Positions 27,357 to 36,964 of a stretch of 64,000 nt of DNA are shown here, piece after piece. Each line of letters starts with the position of its first letter. The first letter of the stretch is position 1. A model generated the notes under the pieces. It did not search any database and had not been told where the DNA came from. It saw only the letters and a list, made by a program, of their open reading frames with translations. The stretch spans positions 42,160,001-42,224,000 of the forward strand of contig OX597823.1 in NCBI GenBank assembly GCA_951406725.2. Direction: 5' to 3'. The position numbers and the translations under genes are program-made. Source of the DNA: Octopus vulgaris (Eukaryota).

Positions 27357-27770
27357 TACTCTTTTACTCTTTTACTTGTTTCAGTCATTTTGACTGTGGC
27401 CATGCTGTAGCACTGCCTTTAGTCAAGCAAATCGACCCCGGGACTTATTCTTTGTAAGCCCAGTACTTATTCTATCGGTCTCTTTTGCCGAACCACTAAG
27501 TGACAGGGACGTAAACACACCAGCATCAGTTGTCAAGCAATACTAGAGGGACAAACACAGACACACAAACATATAGACACACATACATATATATATACAT
27601 ACATATATACAACAGGCTTCTTTCAGTTTCCATCTACCAAATCCACTCACAAGGCTTTGGTCGACCCGAGGCTATAGCAGAAGACACTTGCCCAAGATGC
27701 CATGCAGTGGGACTGAAGCCAAAACCATGTGGTTGGTTAGCAAGCTACTTACCACACAGCCACTCCTGCA
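27357..27770 (-). mobile_element. Family A SINE, near full length
   Basis: Reverse complement of the family A sequence. Confidence 0.9.
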
Positions 27771-28959
27771 TCTATGGTCACTGTTTTAGTTTCTAGCCTG
27801 TACTTTATTGTAAATCTACTGTTAACAGACTTCTTTTTACTGATCATTACCACTGCAATATTACTCAAGATTTATGTGACATCTGAAAGCTCAGTAAGAG
27901 AGTATCCATGTAGCTTTAGCAGCCTTGAGCAATTGGTATAAGATATATTCAGAATTTTGTAAAATAAGTGTTACCTTTAAGAATAAAGCATACAGTAATA
28001 TCTACCATTGCACAGAAATATTGGTACACACTCTGGCACAAGGTCAGCAAGTTCGGGGGAAGGGGTAGGTTAATTACATCAACCCTAGTGCTCAACTTGC
28101 ACTTATTCTATTGCCTCAAAAAGAATGAAAGGCAGAATTTGAACTCAGAATGTTAAGATGGTGAAATGCCACTAAGCATTTTTCCTGATGAGTAAACAAT
28201 TCTGCCAGTTTGCCACCTTAAAAAAAAATGTCACATAAGGTTTTAGTGAAATTGAATTTGTGGTTTTCTGTGTGTTAAGCAGATGTGATAATCACTTTAC
28301 AATAGAGCTGTGACCATTACACAGAAATGTTAAAATAAAAATAAAATATAAATAAAATGTAATCAGAATTCAAATTAAGACAAAAATTTAATTTATTCCT
28401 TCTTGGTAAAATTCTCAATTAAAATTACTGAAACTGCTGAACTCATGTATTGTGGAAACTGACTCAGTTACTTAATCTGTCCTTAGAATCCATTGTGGCT
28501 GTCAGTCATGCTGTGAGAGCATTGTTATAACTTAGACCACAGGAATCCTTTATATCAATATAAATTTCATTCAAGCACATTCCATGCCATTTGTTCACCA
28601 TTATGACTTTCAATATTCAGCAACTTCTGAAAGCTTTCAACTGGGTGAGATTGCAGAAACTTGATATATAGAAATCATATAATATGATCATTGTTTGATA
28701 TATTTGGGATCAAATCCAAAGAAATTGAATAGTGATTGCTTCTCTTGACTTGTAGAGGCAATGCAATCTGGATGTTACATTTAGATTAAGAAATGCCACT
28801 GATATTGGCCTCTCTCTTGTGTTCATATGAGTTTCATAATTTCAAATATAAACATTATTATTTGGTTTTTAATTGCTTTGCTACATTTACTTCAAGATTA
28901 TGATGGTAGAAGGTATATTAATATGTATTGGAATAAAATACTAAATATATCTGAAGGTA

Positions 28960-29200
28960 AAAATTATGTATATAAAGTAGAAAATTGGATTCAATGAATT
29001 GAGCAGAACACACATTAAGCACTCCCACAAAGAATTAGCTATCAGTTCACACAGTAATTGAATTATAATGTAGTTTAGCATATCCATACAACTAGAATCC
29101 AATATATACTATTTTGACAAGGCATATATATAAGCATGGAATCAGGAAGTATGAGAAGCAAATACAGATTTATCCTAGTTGTAATCGTATGGAAATAATA
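28960..29200 (+). pseudogene. Possible decayed Penelope-like GIY-YIG endonuclease C-terminus
   Basis: The stop-interrupted translation KELAISSHSN*...QLESNIYYFDKAYI*AWNQEV*EANTD weakly resembles PLE SAIxxH...ESNyyKRlxxEAwxI...NxD. It lies just upstream of an HHR, as expected for a PLE 3' end. Confidence 0.35.
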
Positions 29201-29278
29201 AATCCGTATACATCTCTCATGCTTCCTTCTTTTAAGATTATTATGCATTCAATTTTTAGTTTGTTATGAAACACGGTT

Positions 29279-29333
29279 TGTGCCTGATGAATGTTTGAGG
29301 TATTTCTCCACATATGAAACTTTTAGTAGCACA
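29279..29333 (+). ncRNA. Type I hammerhead ribozyme motif, intact core
   Basis: Stem I UGUGC/GCACA, core CUGAUGA, stem II AUGU/AUAU (one G-U, extendable), GAAA, stem III ACU-UUU-AGU. The cleavage triplet is GUA (cut after 29328). Confidence 0.7.
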
Positions 29334-29434
29334 TATAAACATGTATTGTGTCTATTAAATAATATTTATCTCTCATGAGATGGAATGCTTTTTTGTTGAT
29401 CATACCATCACGGAACAATACATTATATATGTGG

Positions 29435-29812
29435 GCTGTGTGGTATGAACCTTGCTTCCCAACCACATGGTTCTGGGTTCAGTCCTGCTACATGGCATCT
29501 TGGACAAGTGTCTTCTACTATTGTCTCGGGTCAACCAAAGCCTTGTGAGTGGAATTGGTAGATGGAAACTAAAAGGGGTCCATTGTAAATATGTGTATGT
29601 AGTTGTGTGTCTGTGTTTGTCCTCCCCACCACATTGCTTGACAACTGATGTTGGTGTGTTTATGTCCCCATAACTTAGCAGTTCAGCAAAAGGGACATGT
29701 AGAATAAGTACTAGGCTTACAAAGAATAAGTTCTGGGGTCAGTTTGTTTGACTAAAAGCAGTGCTCCAGCATGGCTGCAGTCAAATGACTGAAATAAGTA
29801 AAAGAATAAAAG
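29435..29812 (+). mobile_element. Family A SINE
   Basis: Colinear with 18744-19175. Confidence 0.85.
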
Positions 29813-29813
29813 A

Positions 29814-29853
<40 letters not shown>

Positions 29854-29952
29854 ACCCAATTTGTATGATTGTGTATAGAAGAATATATTAATCAATGAAA
29901 TTCCAGTTTAGTCTGATTTTACTAGCAAGTTTTACAATTTTACAATATCAAA

Positions 29953-29994
29953 ATAAACTAGTACTTTCATGCATTATGCAATCATCAGGTTTAT
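29953..29994 (-). ncRNA. Minimal type I hammerhead ribozyme motif with palindromic stem III
   Basis: Minus strand reads AUAAAC CUGAUGA U-UGCA-UAA-UGCA-U GAAA GUAC UA GUUUAU. It has a 6-bp stem I, the palindrome AGUACU and a CUA triplet. Confidence 0.7.
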
Positions 29995-30039
29995 ATAGTG
30001 ACAGATGTGTTCCACAATTGACAACTGAAATTTCATTGA

Positions 30040-30100
<61 letters not shown>

Positions 30101-30103
<3 letters not shown>

Positions 30104-30424
30104 CGGAGTAAACACATAAATGTGAAACAAGGTGGAAAAAAGAGTACTCAAATACCAGTGGTAGGTAATATGCTTTATTTAAAGCAGCAGAAAATTCAAC
30201 AAAACCTGTTACTCTGAGTTTCCTGTTGCCATTCTTATGGTTCACAACATCCACAACTGAACTGACTCCCGGAACAGCATCAAGGTCACTGCATCACAGC
30301 CTTGCTACTGAACTGCATAATGTGGAGGTGTGTAAGCAGTGTTTTTTGCAAAAACTGCCCGATGAACGGCAACGGGAAAAACAGAGTAACAGGTTTTGTT
30401 GAATTTTCTGCTGCTTTAAATAAA

Positions 30425-30427
<3 letters not shown>
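30101..30427. mobile_element. Penelope-like terminal-repeat fragment with ~60-bp inverted arms (30171-30234 / 30364-30427) and a degenerate HHR
   Basis: The arms are reverse complements. CTGC-CCGATGA-ACG-GCAA-CGG-GAAA-AACAGAG-TA-ACAG occurs at 30355-30392. (TA)n flanks both sides. Confidence 0.65.
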
Positions 30428-30458
<31 letters not shown>

Positions 30459-30471
<13 letters not shown>

Positions 30472-30778
30472 TACATACATACAGTCACACTTTTTGTTCT
30501 TTTTAATTTGTAGAAAATTACAAACGTTATTCAAGCTCTAAGAGTTACCATTCAGAAAACTTTCAGTCTTTGAGTCACTTTTGTAACTTCCTGGCTATTA
30601 GAAAATACAAAAAAAAAGTATCTGTACCAGTATTGAGTTCTGTTTTTCATTTAAAGAAGCAGTTCTTTTCTAATGTAAAAGACTTTTTAGTTTTTTTTTC
30701 TTTTCTTACATAACAGCTTTGTTTTCTTACATAACAGTTTATATTACTAAATAAATACATTGTTCTTAATATCAACTG
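30459..30778 (-). repeat. Right arm of ~320-bp inverted duplication (partner 25458-25777)
   Basis: Reverse complement of the left arm with scattered substitutions and homopolymer indels. Confidence 0.95.
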
Positions 30779-32210
30779 TATTTTTGCAAATTAAACAAGA
30801 GTACCTGAATGTACAGAGCCCATAGCAATTGTGCAACAATTCATTATTCATTCCTTGTCATGTAATCATATGAAAACATGTTGTGCACACATATAAGTCC
30901 TGGAGATTTGGTTATATATTTGTTACATTATTTTAAAATCATTCCAAAGGTACATATTATTGAATATATTACTCTATCAATCTCCCTCCCACCACTATTA
31001 CCTTGTCTTCAATCTTCTTGTTTCTTTCATCTTGGCCCTTATCTGTTATTCCCTTAATCATTTTTTTTCATTTTGACTCTCATCCATTACTCTCTTCTCC
31101 ATCACCTTCCTATTACTACCCCTCTGGTTTCCTTCTTTTTCCTTGCTTAATGCTGCTTATTCAGTACAAGGGAGAAATGCACGAATGTACCAGTGTTGTA
31201 GAAAGAAAAGCATTCTGCATTCTGTGTCTACACCCAAGTTGTATGAGAGAGAATGGAAATAATTAAAAAGGATATCATAGGGAAGTGGAACTGAGCAGAG
31301 AACTTGTCTTGTTTGTGTGAGGGAAAAGACTAATTATCCTGCACAAGTAATGAATAAAGAATGTGAAATAGACGGGACATATCTATCTTTGTAAAGCACC
31401 TAGTGCACCAGCTGGTGATGGGAAGAGCATCCACCATTGGAACCATGATATAGATGAAGCATGCAGGCAAGAGATGGTTTTTGACACATGTAGAAGGGCA
31501 GTTACCCTGAATAAGAACTGAAATGGATTGGGCTGACCAATGATGGCATGAAACATGCTATGATATAAAATGATGAAGATGATTAAGTAGTGGCAATGAT
31601 ACCCAGTATGACAAGATTAGAAATATGCTATAAAGGAAATAAACACCACCACTTTTTAACCTCAGATTAATCATCATCATCATTATAATCATCTTATAAT
31701 TGTTCATTTTCCATGCTGGTATGAGTCAGACAGTGTGACAGGATCAATCAAGTTTGGGGAGAGTATCATACCCCAGTGTCTGCTTTGGCATGGTTCTATG
31801 ACTGGATACCCTTCCTGATGTCAGCCATTTTTCAGAGTGTAATTGGTGCTTTTTTGTGGTGTCAACACTAATGAGGTCGCTGCATAACTTGTAAGAATTT
31901 CTTTTGACTGAGCGGAGATACAGTAGAGAACAAGGTGGCCTTTTGCTGGAAGATGCAGGATTAAAGTATGAGGGAAGGGGCCAGAACAGAACAGGTTTCT
32001 TGTTGTAGGGGATACATATATACACACAGTTAATAACTAGAGTACCATCATTATGTAAATTCTGTGAGGCATCAAATTATTTTTTTGCATTTCCATCAGA
32101 AATTTACACTATGTGTTTCAGAGGCTTGTAACAATAAAAGACAGAGCTTGATAGTTCAGTTCTCATTAATTATTTTAATTGTGAAGCTAAAAGGGTTAAT
32201 ATATGATTAT

Positions 32211-32702
32211 TTTTCCTTTTGATACCAACCCACATGAGGACATATGGTGCATTGGTTAAGAGCGCAGGCTACTGACCCCAAGATTCTGAGTTCAACTTCA
32301 GGCAGTGACCTGAATAGTTATGATAACAATAATAATAATAATAACAACAACATCAAAAAATACATTAGGAATAAGAACCCAAGTTTGAAATTTCCCCCAA
32401 GACACCTGATGAAGGCTGGAGGGTATATCAGCCGAAACATTGTGTTATCAACAAGCAAGATGAGGACAAATATCCATCAAATGTAAATAATGTAAATAAT
32501 GTACTCTGGTTTTATGACGTAAACTTCATATTCTAAAATGATCTAAATTAAAAACCTTCCATCAAAATTTCATGTTAGTTTATGTTTCAAACACCAGCTT
32601 AAAACAATGACAAAGTTACTTTACTAAATTCCTCGTTATTTTTCAAATTAATTGAAATAAAAGCATTGTATTTCAATAGAAATGAGGTAACAAAAGAGTT
32701 AA
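32211..32702. mobile_element. TTAA-type MITE interrupted by the 32238-32503 insertion
   Basis: Left part CCTTTTGATACCAACCC and right end GGTAACAAAAGAG|TTAA. The interior is homologous to 16620-16759 and 15507-15733. Confidence 0.7.
32238..32503 (+). mobile_element. Short element: tRNA-like head, (AAT/AAC)n tract, HHR-like motif and (AATGTAAAT)n tail
   Basis: A box TGGTGCATTGG (32245-32255) and B box GAGTTCAAC (32288-32296). GACAC-CTGATGA-A-GGCTG-N10-CAGCC-GAAA-CATT-GTGTT occurs at 32401-32446. Confidence 0.7.
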
Positions 32703-32807
32703 ACATCTGGATATGATTTCTATACAAAAACGTGTGTGAATGTGTATGTGTGTGTTTGTGTGTGTATGTGTGTGAGAGAGAGAGAGGGAGAGAGGGAGAG
32801 AGAGAGA

Positions 32808-33680
32808 TCATCATCATTATCATTTAATGTCTGTTTTCCATTCTGGTTAGTCAGAAGACTGTGTCAAGCTCAACTGCCTGCTTTGGTATGGTTTCTATGG
32901 CTGGATGCCCTTCCTAATGTCAGTCACTTAACAGAGTGTACTGGGTGTTTTTTTTTAAGTGGTGCTTGCAGTAGTGCTGTTGGCAAGTAACTCACAAGAC
33001 AAGACCCGTAAACTAATGCAGGAATAGTAATTAGGGATGTGGCCAGGTGATGAGAGGTTAGGGCATGAAATGAGGAATGAAAGTAGGTGTCTTGCAGTAA
33101 AGGAGATACCTGGTGATTTCAATAGGAGAGAGGGGAGAAGATGGTGAAGATGTGACAGGTGGAGGAAAGACTCAAGTTTCAGGGAGGTGTATAGAAGTGA
33201 GGTCGAGCCAAGGATTGGAAAAGGTGAGTTGGTAGATAAGTTTGTAAAACTGCAAAAGGAAAGTGGGAGGTGGGGGTGAGGGGATGTAGTGAGTGGGCAC
33301 AGATTGAAGAAGATGAGATGGGGTTAAATTGTGGAGAAAAGAGTGAACAGGTGTACACTGCGAGCAGGTGGGTTTCCAAAGATGCAAAAGGAGAATGGGA
33401 GATAGAGGTGAGGGGAATACAGTGAGTGGTGATCTTGGGTAGGTATGGGGCTGTAAGGAAGATTGGTTGTTGAGGAGGGGGTTTATGAGGATCAGATTGT
33501 GTGCAGGGGCATGGACATAAAATGACATGCCTTTAAGGTCTCAGTTTTACTTAGCTGGGTGAGTTTTCTCCAGCTCAGCAAATCACCTAACACCTTGGCC
33601 ATTAAATCATCTTCCCTGTGAGGCTCATCATTTGAAGATCCTTTTTCACCACTTTTCTCCAACATCTTCCTGGGTCTTTT
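32808..33680 (-). mobile_element. Old RTE-family 3' fragment (ORF end, long 3'UTR and GAT tail)
   Basis: Minus strand KRPRKMLEK/VVKKDLQMMSL... is similar to the C-terminus of the 35102 ORF, and the shared tail is at 32808-32950. Confidence 0.65.
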
Positions 33681-34084
33681 ATACACATGCACACACACGC
33701 ACAATTACGCATATGGGTTACACATAGTAAGAGAGTGAAAAATCTATCTTTCTATGTGCATCTCTATGCATTTGTATACATATGTATGTTAATATATTAA
33801 AGTGAGAGAGAAAAGAATGGGAGAAATGATATTAAATAAAATAAAATTGATAAAAGACGATGATGTCAGCTGAAAATTCTCTAATGAAAAAATGCCAAAG
33901 GAATGTCATTTCAGTAACAATACATATTAGAGATGTCAGTGCAGCTTACTTAATAAAGTGATAACCCCTACAGCCAAGAAGAAAATAGATTCAATTTCAT
34001 TCCTTGTCAGTTTTAACATAGGTTTGTTGTTAATGTTGTTGTTGATAGTTTGTTATTTCTACTCTTGTTACATCTGTCTGTCTG

Positions 34085-34118
<34 letters not shown>

Positions 34119-34374
34119 CCCATATAACATATGTGCACATTACACGTATCCTCATACATTTTCCTATTTCTCCATCTACACATCAATCTATTCATATATC
34201 CATTCATTTATGTTGAACAGATAAACAGAGAGATAGATTCAGATAGGTAGGTTGAGAAAGGTACACAGTGTGAGATAGATAGGTAGATAAGTGGGCAGGT
34301 AGGTAAGTATGTAGGTACGTACATGAATGGATGGATAGATGGTTGGTTGGTTGGGTAGTGGTTGAGTGGACCTC

Positions 34375-34540
34375 ATGCAATCAGCTTTCATCATTTCTTC
34401 CCATGTCTTATTTGGTCATCTCCCCAGGTTCCTTCCACTTTGCTTATTTGGCACTTCTTTATCCAATTGTCATCTTCCATATGCTTCACCTGGCCACATC
34501 AACTCAGCCTTCTCCCTTACACACTACCAGCTCATTTGTA
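34375..34540 (-). pseudogene. Decayed RTE ORF C-terminal fragment
   Basis: Minus strand RRLS*CGQVKHMEDDNWIKKCQISKVEGT.../RPNKTWEEMMKAD, compared with RRLRWYGHVARMDEDRCVRKCQSLAVEGTRGRGRPRKT in the intact ORF. Confidence 0.7.
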
Positions 34541-34748
34541 GTTTATTCTTCATACTTTATTCGTATTACACGTCCAGCCAAGAATCATGCTCACCTGATT
34601 TCTTTCCCACCCACAGACATCCTCTGCACTCAATATCTATGTTTAGTTATCATGGAACATCTCACTTAATACACAACCAGAATAGACCCTGCCCTTTACT
34701 CATCACCATCATCGTTTAACATCTGTTTTCCATGCTGGCATGGGTTGG

Positions 34749-34779
<31 letters not shown>

Positions 34780-34782
34780 TAT

Positions 34783-35121
34783 CATTATCATCATCATTAT
34801 CATTTAATGTCCATTTTTCATATTGGTATGGGTTGGATGGTTTGACAAGGACTGGTAAGCCAGAGAGCTGTACCAAGCTCCAATCTGATTTGGCTTGGTT
34901 TCTAAGACTGGATACCCTTCCAAATGCCAACCACTCCAAAAGTGTAGTGGGTGCCTTTCGTGTGTCTCCTGCATGGGTGCCTTTTACAAATCACCAGCGC
35001 TGGCCATGACTACAATTTCACTTGGCTTGATGTGTATTCTCAAGCACAGCACATAGCTAAAGGTCTTTATCACTTGTCATCGCCCCTATGAGATTCAACA
35101 TTTGAAGTTCATGCTTCACCA
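34783..35121 (-). mobile_element. Older RTE 3' end in antisense, head-to-head with the young RTE
   Basis: Minus strand VKHELQMLNLIGAMTSDKDL*LCAVLENTHQAK*, compared with VKHDLRTLGLTEEMTRDRDLWKYSVREKTRQDK*. It is followed by the family 3' tail. Confidence 0.8.
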
Positions 35122-36964
35122 TATATATATATATATATATGTGGTAGGAGAGAAATGTGTTCGCATGGAGGATGGTTCACTTGCGCTAAATGAGGATGCA
35201 AAGAGAGAAGCTTGGAGACGCCACTATGAAAGGTTACTGAATGAGGAAAATGAATGGGATAAAGAGAGTCTGCCGAATGTTGACCCTACAGAGGGACCAG
35301 CTATCCGAGTTGATAGTTCCGTGGTAGCTAAGGCAATTAGAAGCATGAAGACAGGGAAAGCCCCAGGCCCATCAGGAATTACTGCAGAGATGCTCAAAAT
35401 ATCTGGCAGTGTCGGCTATAACCTAGTCACCCGTATAGTCAACCAGGTGATACACGAAGGAGTCATACCCAATGACTGGTGCAGCAGCATACTAGTCAAC
35501 TGCTACAAAGGTAAAGGTGATGCCCTAGATACAAATAATTACAGAGGTATCAAGCTGTTGGATCAAGTAATGAAGGTTACGGAGAGGGTCATAGCCCAAC
35601 TAATTAGAGAGAGAGTTAGTTTAGATGAGATGCAGTTTGGGTTCGTGCCAGGGAAAAGTACCACTGATGCTATATTCCTGGTAAGGCAGCTGCAGGAGAA
35701 ATACCTAGCCAAAGATAAGCCCCTGTACCTGGCTTTCGTTGACATGGAGAAAGCTTTTGATAGGGTCCCCCGATCCCTTATCTGGTGGTCAATGAGGAAA
35801 CTAGGGATAGATGAATGGCTGGTGAGGACTGTGCAAGCCATGTACAGAGATGCCGTAAGTAAGGTTAGGGTTGGCAACATGTACACAGAAGAATTCAAAG
35901 TAGAGGTTGGGGTCCACCAGGGTTCAGTACTCAGCCCCCTCCTATTTATCATAGTACTCCAGGCAATTACGGAGGAATTCAAGACAGGCTGTCCCTGGGA
36001 GCTCCTCTACGCTGACGACCTTGCTCTTATTGCTGAGTCACTATCAGAACTGGAGGAGAAGTTCCAGGTGTGGAAGGAGGGTTTAGAATCAAGGGGCCTT
36101 AGAGTCAACCTAGCTAAAACCAAAGTACTAATAAGTAGAAAGGTAGACAATCCACAAATATCTTCAGGAAGATGGCCCTGCTCGATCTGTAGAAAAGGTG
36201 TAGGTAGAAACTCTATAAGATGTACCCAGTGTAAGCTATGGACACATAAGAGGTGCAGCAATGTCAAAGGTAGGCTAACTGGGAAGATAGTTTTTGTATG
36301 TGGCAGATGCTCGGGAGCATTAACCTCCGAAAATCTGCAGAAAACAACTTCCGTCACTTTCCAGGGGGAAAAACTAGAAGTAGTTGATAGCTTCCGTTAT
36401 CTAGGTGACCAAGTCAGTAGTGGGGGTGGGTGCGCTGAAAGTGTAACTGCTAGAATAAGAATAGCCTGGGCAAAGTTTAGGGAGCTCTTACCTCTGCTGG
36501 TGACTAAAGGCCTCTCGCTCAGAGTAAAAGGCAGACTGTATGATGCGTGTGTACGAACAGCCATGCTACATGGCAGCGAAACATGGGCCGTGACTGCTGA
36601 GGACATGCGTAAGCTCGTGAGGAATGAAGCCAGTATGCTCCGATGGATGTGTAATGTCAGTGTACATACTCGACAGAGCGTTAGCACCTTGAGAGAAATG
36701 TTGTACCTAAGAAGCATCAGTTGTGGTGTGCAAGAGAGACGATTGCGCTGGTATGGTCATGTGGCGAGAATGGATGAAGATAGGTGTGTGAGAAAGTGCC
36801 AATCCCTAGCAGTTGAGGGAACCCGTGGAAGAGGTAGACCCAGGAAAACCTTGGACGAGGTGGTGAAGCACGACCTTCGAACTTTAGGCCTCACTGAGGA
36901 AATGACCAGAGACCGAGACCTTTGGAAATATTCTGTACGTGAGAAGACCAGGCAGGACAAGTGA
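35102..36964 (+). CDS. RTE-clade non-LTR retrotransposon ORF, 5'-truncated (RT plus PHD-type finger, no APE endonuclease)
   Basis: Motifs KAPGPSGI, NYRGIKLL, QFGF, FVDMEKAFDRV, GVHQGSVLSPLLF, YADD (36008-36019), FRYLG and RRLRWYGHV...RGRGRPRKT. Element sequence starts at ~35141 after (TA)n, so the annotated start comes from flanking DNA. Confidence 0.95.
   Translation: MKFMLHHIYIYIYVVGEKCVRMEDGSLALNEDAKREAWRRHYERLLNEENEWDKESLPNVDPTEGPAIRVDSSVVAKAIRSMKTGKAPGPSGITAEMLKISGSVGYNLVTRIVNQVIHEGVIPNDWCSSILVNCYKGKGDALDTNNYRGIKLLDQVMKVTERVIAQLIRERVSLDEMQFGFVPGKSTTDAIFLVRQLQEKYLAKDKPLYLAFVDMEKAFDRVPRSLIWWSMRKLGIDEWLVRTVQAMYRDAVSKVRVGNMYTEEFKVEVGVHQGSVLSPLLFIIVLQAITEEFKTGCPWELLYADDLALIAESLSELEEKFQVWKEGLESRGLRVNLAKTKVLISRKVDNPQISSGRWPCSICRKGVGRNSIRCTQCKLWTHKRCSNVKGRLTGKIVFVCGRCSGALTSENLQKTTSVTFQGEKLEVVDSFRYLGDQVSSGGGCAESVTARIRIAWAKFRELLPLLVTKGLSLRVKGRLYDACVRTAMLHGSETWAVTAEDMRKLVRNEASMLRWMCNVSVHTRQSVSTLREMLYLRSISCGVQERRLRWYGHVARMDEDRCVRKCQSLAVEGTRGRGRPRKTLDEVVKHDLRTLGLTEEMTRDRDLWKYSVREKTRQDK

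Noticed and set aside
35102-35140. Annotated start of the RT ORF as the element's true N-terminus
   Set aside because: It derives from an antisense RTE relic and a TA tract. The APE domain is absent, so the element is 5'-truncated.
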